Source: Phoronis australis (Eukaryota; Animalia; Phoronida). From it: 64,000 bases of DNA. Both the position numbers and the translations under genes were made by a program. This document shows positions 36,101-47,800 of this stretch, piece after piece. Below the pieces are notes generated by a model, which saw only the letters and a list, made by a program, of their open reading frames with translations, was not told where the DNA came from and did no database searches. Within the stretch, counting starts at the first letter, position 1; every line of letters starts with the position of its first letter. Where the stretch lies: NCBI GenBank assembly GCA_002633005.1, contig NMRA01000024.1:451803-515802 (forward strand), in the 5' to 3' direction.

Positions 36101-39100
36101 GTGGAATACAGTTGTCCTGATTTAATTCAATTTTAAAAATACTCTGCTAGCATACTGTGCGTCTTGGAAAACCTTCAATGCATTAGCTGTCCTTGACCAG
36201 TGTAACCAAAACGCGATTCCCGCAACGGTGTCAATTTCACGCACTTCGCGGCGGTTCATTCATGCTAATTTTGAGTAATTGATCGATTAAACGTCACCCC
36301 AATACACAAACGGAGCCAGAGTGTTAACTCGTGACCGAGCGTACCTAGATACCTTGGTTCTAAACCTACTATTTACCTGTCTAGCTAGCCCTGTTGCTGA
36401 CGCCAGCTAGTGATTTTATGACTTGCAGCCGCTGGGTTGCCAAAACAATGTCTCGGGTCTGAAGATTTTTGTTAAAATTGCTGTGTCAAGCGAATACACG
36501 TGAATCTACCTAGTGGGCCGTTCATTTATTGCAATGTTGCTGAACGCTTGCTATCATTTATTTAATTGCGTTTGCAAGTCAAAGATTCGCTTACTGAACA
36601 ACAAAATGAACGGAGCTAATCACGATTTCTTTTAACACTATTCCAGCAAGCTGAAAATTTTTCTCGTCAAGATTATAATTTACGATCAGACGTACACAAA
36701 TTATCCTCTTGTTTGGCTGGGCGTGTTGTAGACTTCGCCCAGAAAGCCAGATAGACTCCGGCGCCTCGATGTCCGACATCCTATTTTTTATTATTTCGGC
36801 CGGAATTTATAGTCCTAAAAAGTTTCCGGATCTCGCCAATCTTTTACGGTGTATCACCGGGTTCACCCACCTGCAATTACCTCGCCGCGTCTTATGACCC
36901 CGTTTAAAATAGGATTAATTTCTTATGTTAAACCTCACGCCTGGAGCGCAAATGAAATTGTTATCGCGACTTATTACTTTTCATGCGGCAAATTTCAATT
37001 TAAACGTTTTTTTATCAACTTAGTAAAGTTGGGACCAAAGTCTATTAAGTTGCGGCACTGGATACAGGAATTGAGAAAGGACGGATGAATTCTGTCTACA
37101 CCCGCAAAAGATGCGGCCGGATTATGCAGAAGCCGCTTTGTCGTTGAACTTTTGTATTAATGTTGAAAAAAGCGTCTTGACGACTGAGACGACTTATCAA
37201 TGAGCATTTTTTGCTTTCCATGCTCGCGCAGATGTTTAGAATTCGATATTCAACGATTATGCTTCGAAATTATAATTGCATTAGAAAAAATTAGGGGTTG
37301 CATATCATTTCATCAGTACGCCATTGGCACTCTTTGTTCTAATTCCATTTTTCAGTTTGTTAAATTAAGCTTCTTGACTTCACAGGGAAAATTATGCAGT
37401 TTTCGTTGCGGTACCAATAACTTTTCGGGTCGAGTTATTGACATCGAGTGGTACTCGAGTTTCCTTACTAATCCCTAAACAAACGACTTTCAAGTCAATA
37501 GCGCCCTGTGGATTAAGAAAGCTCTTTAATTTAAAATTAACTAATGACTATCAGACGTTTTATCGACCGTATTGAACTATTTTCTATTCGTTTCTGTCTG
37601 ACCCCCCCTTGCTGGCCAATAAGCCCATAGCTACACAGCGAAAAAGGAATGGAGCAATTTATAAAATTGGTTTGTTTGCCCGTCTCTGGCGACAGCCGGG
37701 TCTAGAATTAAATAGGGGTTGGGGATCTCAGATGGGAATGTCTACCAAACTTTGATCTTCGAGAATCCACCGAGGTATATCTCGATAAGTTGATGGGATA
37801 GGCGTCGGAATGGTCCTGTCTGTGTGGTAGTTGAAAAACATTAGAAAAGTAAAACTAATTGGAAGCACAGTACTGTTTGAGCAACTTTATTGCTTAAATT
37901 ATTGTAAATTATTTCCACATTCTCCCAATGTGTATGGTTGGTCATTATTACTTTTTCTTCTTTCAAGCTCGATTTTCTCAGCAATGTTTTTATCATGACT
38001 TCATTGTAATCGGACGACGTTTTAAAATGTTTTATGAGCAAAACAAATCCGTTTAATTGTTACATTTTCCGTTACATCAACAGAGCTCGACAAACCGTTT
38101 GATTATCAAAAGTAAACTAATTGCTGGTAGTTTGTAAAATGTTGACATGACTTTCCTCGGAAACATCGCCCGATCGGATGCGATAAGATCCTTCTCATGT
38201 CCTCCACTACGCGTCAGTGTGTGCAGAGACCCGAGTCAACTCTTCCGACAAAACATTACAGTGAAAACAGCTGTTGAAAACGCTAAGCACCATTTCAGAC
38301 GAATAACTACATAAATTGATCTAGTTAATAAAATTCCAATAGCTGATTTATCTTCCTTAGTGAATGCGTCACTGCTCAATTGGTTCCCCCGTGGACCAAG
38401 AACGTTTGGATGGCCGAATATTGCCGGTGTCAATTTGTTTTTCTGTTTAGACAGAACTCAAGCCAGACGAATGCCTCTTGACAGTGAAGATACTAAACAG
38501 TGTGCTAAGCAACGCGGCCTTCTTATCTGACTCTTGTGCAAAAGTCAACAACGGCGTCCCGTTGGAAAACATGTAACGTCACCGTCCAGCTATGAAGTTT
38601 AATAGCCCCTCAAAACCTGATCGAGCGCGCGCTACCTGTAATCGTTTGTTAATTTCAACCGTTTGAGAGAATTTACAACAGCGTTCTAATGGGAGATAAA
38701 TAGTCTGACTGCGCAAAAGAAGTTTGATTCGTGTTTGATGAAAGTGCGCCTGAAGCTTTTAACAGGTCGATAAAAAACGAGAATTTTGATCCTAATTTTA
38801 TATTAAATAAAACATTGGAAAAGAAAAGAGTCATTGAGTACATGCCCCCGTTTCAAAAGCACAGAATGGAAATCAATGATATCTGAAAGAAGCGAGTAAA
38901 ACTTGTTTTTGAAAGGAAATTAAAGATCATGCCATCGGCAGTTTATTATACGTCTAGTACTTATTCGCGAACGAAAACTATTTTCGCTCCTCAGATCTAT
39001 ATCATTTGAGTTCTGTTTAGAATTTTGCTCACGGCTTCTTGCACGCATTTGTTGAGACGTTTCAGTTTTATACGTTCCTTTATTCAAACTGGTACCGGTA

Positions 39101-39449
39101 AGGCAAATCTATAAATCATTCGTAATAAAAAGTAAATGGAATGGAAAACAAAAGATCTTTCACCATACTTTATTACAGGTAAATGAACGACCACATAGGT
39201 AATTATTTTTATGCACACTAAACTACAGCCGGGGAAACTCATTCAAACGTTATCTTTAGGAATAAATAAAAGTCAATTTCGCGAACGCTTATCCGAAGCA
39301 ACTTACTAACAGTAGTCAATATCATTGACATAAAAATGTTATGAAATTTCGTACTGGATATGTGTGAAAAGAACGACGGGAGATATCATGAATATAGCTG
39401 AGACGTCGTTATTACAATATTGTCATAGAAACATCGATTTCATTGTCAC

Positions 39450-39562
39450 CGTTGTTGTCATTGTTATCATTGTTGGTGTTTTTGTTGTTGTTGTTGTTGT
39501 TGTTGTTGTTTGTGTGTTGTTGTTGTTGTTGCTATTCTTGCAAGTGATATATATATATATAT
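39450..39562. repeat. (TTG)n followed by (TA)n microsatellites
   Basis: Direct inspection. Confidence 0.9.
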
Positions 39563-42500
39563 AAAGTGTCTCTATGTCTTCTGCCTTTTTGCCAGGTACC
39601 TCTCTAATCACGATCCTTCGAACCTAAAAATGCACTGGTTTGTGGACAACTCAACTCAACAATTATTTTGAAGGTAAACAGAGCAAAGGGTGGTTTATTT
39701 CTTTGTGTGCAAGATGCCAACATACACAATTGTAAATATAAAGCACAAACGGTAATGAAGACGTCCAAATAAGTAGTTTTCAAGTGTACGTCTTCTTTGC
39801 GTGAACACGAAACGCGGAAATGATAAAATGCCAACGACGCGGCAGATTTGTTGACAGTTCTGAAGCGAAAATGAAAAAAATCGCAACACTCGTTCTACGT
39901 CTCCCTTTGATAAATTACTGACAAATGATCATGACAGGTGGAAGCATCTAAAAACGACCATACTGAGAAATTCTGTAGCCAAACGAACTGATGTAGAGTT
40001 GCATGTGGAACGTATTTCAACGAATACGACGACGATAAGCCAATTTTACGAAACAGTCTGTAAAGCGCCAAGGCGACGAATCCATCTTTTCTAAACGGAG
40101 ACGAAATCTTCACGCCGCTACAGTTGCAACATATTAGCAGTGACGACGATTTCTCACAAATGTGTTCGTCATTTTTTATTAAATTCTCAATGCTTGATCT
40201 CGTTTTCACTATACAATGTTTATTTCGACAAGCACGATTTGGTCAATCAGTCCGTCGTATACCATATCTAACTCAAAAAGTCTTTGAGAGGATGTAATAC
40301 TTTCAGATGAAGTTACGAACTAGCGAGTCACAACTGATTAGATGGACGAGGTGATTTCAGGCGTATTGGTGTTATTGTCGTTTAAATAATGAACAACGGA
40401 AAAAACGCCATTCCGTCTTGAAAGATAATAACGAAACGCGCTCATCGTGTACTCGTCAATTTTTGTCGTAAATGAAAATGGCGAAGATGTGCGCTGTTCG
40501 AGTGCTTTCATATTAATAGTATAGAAAGTACAGTGCATTCATCTGCCATGAAGATCTGCTATCTATTTTATTACATTTGGTAGTAACAATTAATAAATAA
40601 ATTAATTAATTATTACTAACAAATATTATTTTTATTTTCAGCATTGTCTCCGTGTTTTATTTCATTTTATGTGTAGTTTTATTTTTAGTGATTCTATGGC
40701 CATCGTGACTAATCCGATGGTCTATATATTCATGACTAACGCAACAATAACCAACCGCGTCAAGTATCACTTTATGTTACCGGAGGCGTGTCATCTCCAG
40801 ACGTTCTCTTTCAGCCTGGACACTGGTCCGCCTAGGTAATTAGATTATGTAACAAAACTCATGAATCCAAACGGAGCGGTTAATTTGGAACAACGAGTCC
40901 TCGTGTATAACGTCTACTTGTATAATGAGACACGTTCAAGAACAAGCCACCAGCCAAGCATCCGTGATGGAGCTGTTGTTTTGTGTATTCGGCCAAAATA
41001 TATTTTACTACTATGTTTATTATCTTTCTTCGAATTGCTAGCGGTGACGTATAACCTCCAACAGTCACCGTGATCTGGCGGAAGGCAACGATGAAACAGT
41101 TCAAAGCATAAGTGTTTACATTTACATTAAAGGTCCGGTTATTCATTGGAAATTGAATAAATGATTTTACTTCCCATAAATTGACTAATGTTTACATCAG
41201 CCCTTAAAGCTATGTAAAATAACCACTGCGTCAGCCAAACTTATCAACTGAACACATGTCATGGAAAGAAATCCGACCGCATTTAGACATGACTTCCTTA
41301 TTTAGAATCCCTTCAAATGAACTTCTTGTAATAAAGAATAAAGACAAGAAAATAGGTTAATAAAAGACCAATTTATTAATTTCCCTCAAATAACTTTCAC
41401 TAGCATTTTTCTTCAGTGAGAACAGGTTCGCCAATGATTTGAATATCGGTTTCACTTTTTTGAATGGATCAACATTGCAACGTTTGCTCAAAAAGACAAG
41501 GCCCATGGAAAATGTAGTTCGTTGTCAAAACTTCAATTGACATCAGAAGTGCACGAATAATTCCAGAGAAGTCAACCATAGCAAATTTTATTAGCATTTC
41601 ATGTTTCCGAGTCACATTCCTTTAAAACCAATCAGACGACCTGTATCATAAGCACTGAGTCAATATTTAGGATTAGTAGTTTATTTGAAAGACTGCGACA
41701 TTAGCGTGTTAAGACATGATAAGACATTTCAAAAAATGATTTACATTCGCTTTATCATCAGATTCATTAAACGTGCACTGTTAGTTTTGATTTGTATCAG
41801 CTGTAGGCGGTAGTAAGAGCCGGCGTCTAGGAAGCCCCAAAACCCGAATAAAATGAAGTTTTGTAGGAAATGTATAAATGCACCAGAATCTATACCTCTG
41901 CAAACCAACGCTCCTTGAGAACAACAGATCGAAAGGGATGACGTTAACACCGCCATCAGAATGATCACACGGTGACGTCATAGGTTCATGACGTTTTGTT
42001 TTGCAATAAGTTAAGATTTCTGGTTGTGAGAGTAAGAAACTATTAATCACCCAATTTCTAGTGTTTGGACACAAGCAAACTTCATCGTCATCACCATCTC
42101 ATCTTCATTTTCGTCTTCACAGTCATCCAACTTTTCAATGGCAAAGTCGACGACGTCATGTAAATTTTTTGATAAGAGCTTCCACAATACAATACAAATA
42201 CAAATACAAATACAAAAAGCGAATCTTTACCTTTTGGTGTTGGCTAATAATATGCGAAGTGTAATATTGAAAAACCTAATTACTACAAAGTAATCAAACA
42301 AAAACAAACAACAGATATTTAAAAAGTTATAACTATAAGGCTGCTATAAAATTAAAATTTCAATCAACTATTATCAATAAATAAGGATAGAATATTCAAG
42401 TTAAGATATTTAAGTCTAAATTGAGCCCCATATGCTGATGCAACGACGTCGTCACATTTTATCATTCACGTGTTTTCCCTACAGCAGAACTTACTGATTC

Positions 42501-43739
42501 TATTCGTGTTGAACGAGCCGTGTTCATTTTGTATGTGCCGGCGTCCGCTGTCATATTTAATATCATACCATTCTCTGTGACGATTGGGATGATAATAAGT
42601 ACCCCCAGACAATCAAATTAGCCTTCCGGAGGCTATTGTTAAGAGTGATTAGATTGTACTTTGCCGCTGTGCACTTTTTAATTACTCGTTTTCTTCTAAT
42701 ATCAACAATGCTGTTTCGTTATTCAGTACCACTGGACAACATAGAAAACAAAACAGAAAAGAACATCACCGGAAATTGCCATGTGGCGACGTTCGTCGCA
42801 AAATCTCATCTTTTCACGAGAACAGATTTTCGTTTCAAGAAGCTTTACCGGTGCTCCCTTTATCGGTTCAAATCGTGGAGTTGTTTCAAATACCCTGTGA
42901 TCAAGTGCCAATTAGCCACCATATCACCTGATTGACAAACAAAGACAATTAAAGCAGCGTGCAGGTGCAATGAGGATTCACAGCAATTTCTAATTAAAAA
43001 TCACAAAAACAAAGGAAGTAACGAATCTCGAAAGTTGTCAAATTTAATCGCCGGCATAATGCATTTCTCTCCTTATAGTTGACGTACAGGCGCATTGACT
43101 AATCAAAGAGATGTAGTGTATTAAATTTTTGAAGTATCGATTTTGTTAAATCTGTAATTAACGATTCAAGTAACACGCCCGACAAATTATTTGGCGCCAT
43201 TGTCATGATTGTCACCCGGAATATTGGGATTTTTTCAGTTGAAAAATAATATATTATATTTTAAGTCTAGAGAAACAAAGGCTGGTTATACGAATACATT
43301 GTAGTGTGTGTAAAAAACCTATGCGCATGCAGACGATAACCTTTGGATTTTGGGGAACAGGCGCGAAACGCATAAAATGGCAGGCAATGTATTTAATAAA
43401 CAGTAGTGTTTTCAAACCGTATGTTATTACAGAATTTCGCTGATTGTCTAGGAGAACACAAAGGGGTATTAATTACACGTTACATAACACCGACAGAAAT
43501 TTGTTTCCGGTGAACAAAGAGTTTTCATTGTAGCAAAAGCGTAGGTGATCTTTTTCCGAGAACCATCATTTTCCGTCTGTGTTGAAACTTTAAGCCAATG
43601 AGAAATGATATAACATTTGACCATCATTGTCATGAATATCTGACTGGCCAATAACAAGACCATTGCAATCTGTAATTACCCAGTCAAATTGTTCGTTACT
43701 ACGCAATTTACTAATCAAATGATTTCAAGATCTCCGCGC

Positions 43740-44072
43740 GCGCTTCGGTGATCTTCAATAGTCCGGGATTGTGGGGTTCGCGAAACTGACGCCACCTAGA
43801 CTGAAAACTTCATATCGTATGGACGTCAGTTTAGCTGGTCGGCGCGACGTGTGAGGACGTTCTAAGGGAAGTTTCTGAAACTTTTCGACAAGGACATTTG
43901 TTTCACAGAAAGATCATTATTGAACCTCATAGGAAGGAGGGAAGACGACGCGTGGAGTACTTATACAGACCTTTTATGGGATTCTAACCACCAGCTATGG
44001 GTTTTCGCGTGGTCTGCGAGCCTCGCGTGTCAGTGTTAGTTTTTGTCATAGTGGTTTCGCAAACTTTAGCAG
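43740..44072 (+). promoter_or_regulatory. Putative promoter and first non-coding exon of an unidentified gene
   Basis: CpG-rich; E2F-like ttcgcgaaa (43777-43785) and ggcgcgaaa (43360-43368); Inr-like TCAGTT (~43826); donor cag|gtaggc at 44072/44073, followed by (GT)n. CpG density falls downstream. Confidence 0.55.
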
Positions 44073-44147
44073 GTAGGCCTATGTTGTTATGTGTACTGGT
44101 TTGGTTTAGTTCCCGGGTTTAGTTTTTCAAACGTTGAAAGTACAGTT

Positions 44148-44168
44148 ATGTGTGTGTGTGTGTGTGTG
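44148..44168. repeat. (GT)n microsatellite
   Basis: About 10 units. Confidence 0.9.
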
Positions 44169-44275
44169 ACTTGAGGCAACGAATGTTTGTGAGCGTGAGT
44201 TGTGTGGTGCTTTTGAGAATGTCTGAATGAGAGATTAAAACACACGGCGCTATATGTTTGTTATTTCTTCAATAG

Positions 44276-44812
44276 AGGGGGCAAATTGGCTCTTGTAGTG
44301 TTTCCAAATTATTGCCAATCAGGCATTTTTAACGTCATTTTGAAATTCAGTGACAAATTGCAGTTTACCAAACCTAATATGTAGCAGTGATCCATTCATC
44401 TAGTGGCCGAGACCATCTCGGATTTACTTTTTGGCGTGTGTTTTGGCCTTGGAAGGAATCCTCACTCTTGCCCTCAGTGGGAATTCATGTAAAATAACCC
44501 AGCGGGCTAATTTGCTCAAGGACACTTCACCTGCAAGTCAACACCTATTACAACAACAGTGAGGACATGAGATTATGGTATATATACTTTGAATCTGACA
44601 AGCCTGTCAAACTGTTAGCTGTATTGGAATTGAAACCCTCTTACTTGCCGGATGGAACTCTTCACCTGTAATGAATTCAATGACAGTGAATTCAAGTCAA
44701 CTGAAAAGGATATGCCTTCTAATATCATTGTACAAGAGCCAACAACAGTTGAGGCCAATGGGATGGTTCAAGTATGTTGACGAAATGGATTAAATCGCCT
44801 GGAAATTTGCAG
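44276..44812 (+). other. Putative second exon (5' leader, possibly with start codon) of the unidentified gene
   Basis: Acceptor ttatttcttcaatag and strong donor cag|gtaaga. Contains several short ORFs; only ATG 44774 (MLTKWIKSPGNLQ) runs open into that donor. An alternative donor caa|gtatgt at 44771 would leave ATG 44652 open. Confidence 0.5.
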
Positions 44813-47800
44813 GTAAGAATTTTAATACTGCTTACCTGGGCCCACATATTTGTAATTAAATCATTAATCCTCTTGCGTCATACCCTCTCGATAATCCAAA
44901 GGTGTATATAATTAGCAAAGTTTGCCCAAAAATCAATGATTCTTGTGTTCCATTGTAAATCACATAAATTGATTTATTCATTTACATTCAAACATTTGCT
45001 GTGCGGTAATCACTATTAGGGAGTTATATGCCACTTAGCAAGTGTAACTCTTATTTTTCTCATAGGAGTGTGAACACAAAAGTTGGGTAATTATCGACTT
45101 CTTGAACGAAATAATTAGCTCAACTGGTTTATGGTGTAAGTCGTATATATATTTATAGGACCTTGGTAGTATGTTTAAAAGTGTAACCAGATATCACGGT
45201 CCATCATTAAAAACGTGAAAATATACAAAGGAAATTCAAATGTTATACGATCCATTTATTCATAATGGTGTTTTGATGAAGTCTTCTAGAGTATATTAAG
45301 TTCAGACAACATTATACATTTTTTGTCCAGAGAGTTGACATAGAAAACTTGCGTAAAACTTGCAGTTAAAATTTTGACAGAGCCTGTGATGCAATTGATA
45401 GAATGTAATTTAACTCGGAAAAATGGTTTAATTATCAATCTGCCTGAGATAATGATAAGATTCATTGTGATTCTTTAATTCTCTCTACTTTTCGAAAGGC
45501 TTGGTAATCCTACATCCCAAAGGTTCTTTTTAGATCAGACCTTTTACAGAAATTTCAATCTTAACATTTAAAGATGAAAATAACTTTTTTTTCTGAAATG
45601 TAACATATCAGAACTGAATCCTCATGTCAGACTACTTTCTTAATTAGTTCTGCTGAAACAAACCAGGGTATTTCTGTTAAGTGGTGTGGAGACAAGTTTA
45701 TACCTAAACCTCTTGTAGACATTTAGTGAAACATAAAGCAGAGTGAGTTTCCAATCTGCTCAGGAATTTAGCAACATTTGTCAACAGTTTTTACCCATCT
45801 GCTGAATTTCATTCATGTCTTGAGCAAATGTCTTTATGTATCTAATTTTTATCCGTTTTTATTTTACTGATGCTTCAACAGTTTCAAGTAAATATTGCAT
45901 TGTAAATCTCACAAAAATGATTGCATTTAAATTGCTTTGGTCTAATAATGTCATAGTAGTACACAGTTTTTATTTGCTATAATTTGCGACTAAAACGGGT
46001 ATTTCGCCACTGTTCAGCTTCCAGTGTTAAATTTTTAGTAGAAGCTCTTTGGGGTTTAAAATACTGTCGTTGTTATTCTCATCCGATATTTAATTGTTGC
46101 TGAATAAGCTAGTACAGGGAATGTGGACAGGTGCCATTTTTTGATGGTTTTGATGTTCTTTTTCATAAAAAAATAGAATCTTGTCAAGGTCAAGAATATT
46201 AGGATATCGATTTTACGAGAATAAATGGCCTAAGGTAAACTTTCTTATCCTCAAATTCACAGAAACTAATTTCAAAAATTCTAATTTTCTACCTTTCAAA
46301 ATCTCACTGTTTTGTTGACAGCTGTAGACTACAAACTGGTCAAACTAAGTAGTAAAGTTTTCTTCCTTGTTGAAAATTTCGTTAAAATAATATTTCACTG
46401 TTCTGCCATACAGCGTACTAAATTAAATTAAGGAAATTTTACCGTGGTTCGATTTTCGTATTTTTAGCCAGTAGCTTTAAATTGTTCTACCTGAGTGTCG
46501 TTGAACACATAGTATGACTTCGTAACTTGATCATAATTACTTCTTTCTACACAATCAACTAATATTACTTCACCTTCTGCATTGGTTAGAGACCATTGTC
46601 CAGTTTCCATAGTAACCGTTGGTATCATACAAGAAATAATTACTTATGTTCTGTTGTAATTACCCATGTCATGTTGCGTAAATTCTTGTTTTCCGCTGTC
46701 TTAATGACCATCTGTTTTCGTAGGAGAGGTCTTCGTAGGAAGACTATGAAAAATAACCCCTTATTTCCTTTCTCCTAAACTTTATATAGCAGTCTCATTG
46801 AAGCTTTTACAGTATTAAAGTGAGATTATTGGTGACAATATTATGTGTTTGAGATCACCGTCAGCCCAAGATGATTTGAAGCCACGACATGAATTTTTTG
46901 GTAGAGCTAAAACCCACATGGTGAGAAGGGGATTTTTTAAGAGTATTAACAGTGGTGGTAATTCACTGGCCTCGATGTCACTCAACTCTATATAATGACT
47001 GGAAGCTCTTTTCAGAAATCAACAATTTCTTATAATAAAATCAGGAGAACACAACTGACTTGCAAAATTATAGCTCAAGTCTATCTTGACCAACGGACCT
47101 CACATCCTGAAGACCTATTCTGCCCTTTTAACTGGACAAAGTAACCAAATTCACCTGATTTGTTTCTTTTGAATTATGCCAAATGGATTCTATAACGTAT
47201 TGTTGATGTTGAGAAAAAGGAATGCAAAGAGATAAAGATGAAATTGGGGACCTGGCGTTGTGATTAATGTTACTTTATCTAATCAAAGAGAAATTGAATC
47301 TGTTCAACTGGACTTCTGAACTTACTAAAAATCCAACTTTCAAGGAGGTTAGAATTTTTAGGAAGCACCATAGTCCAGTAGAGCAGATTTGATTTCTCTT
47401 CGGTTACAAACTTATCTGTATGGGTAAAGACTTGCATTTCAAAATTACTTTACCTGTTAGGAACTCTCTCTTAATTGGACATAAATAGATCCTGGACATA
47501 GACATTTTAATCGTAATAATTTTTGATTTGCACACAAAGGTAAGAAACTAATGCCTGAATTGAGCCAGGGATAAACGGGCCTGTAATCTGCTTATGTGTT
47601 TACAAGCTCTGCTTAGTATTGCTAGATTGGACAAAACTCCCTGTTTAGATGCCATTGCCTCTCCAGACATTTGAATTGCATGTATGAAACCATGTGGAAA
47701 TCTCAATCTGACTCCTCATGCTCGGCTGGGTTATTTGAAATTGTCAACATATGCAATCTAAACAAGCTCTAATAGTCATGATGTAAGGGTGGATGTCAAC

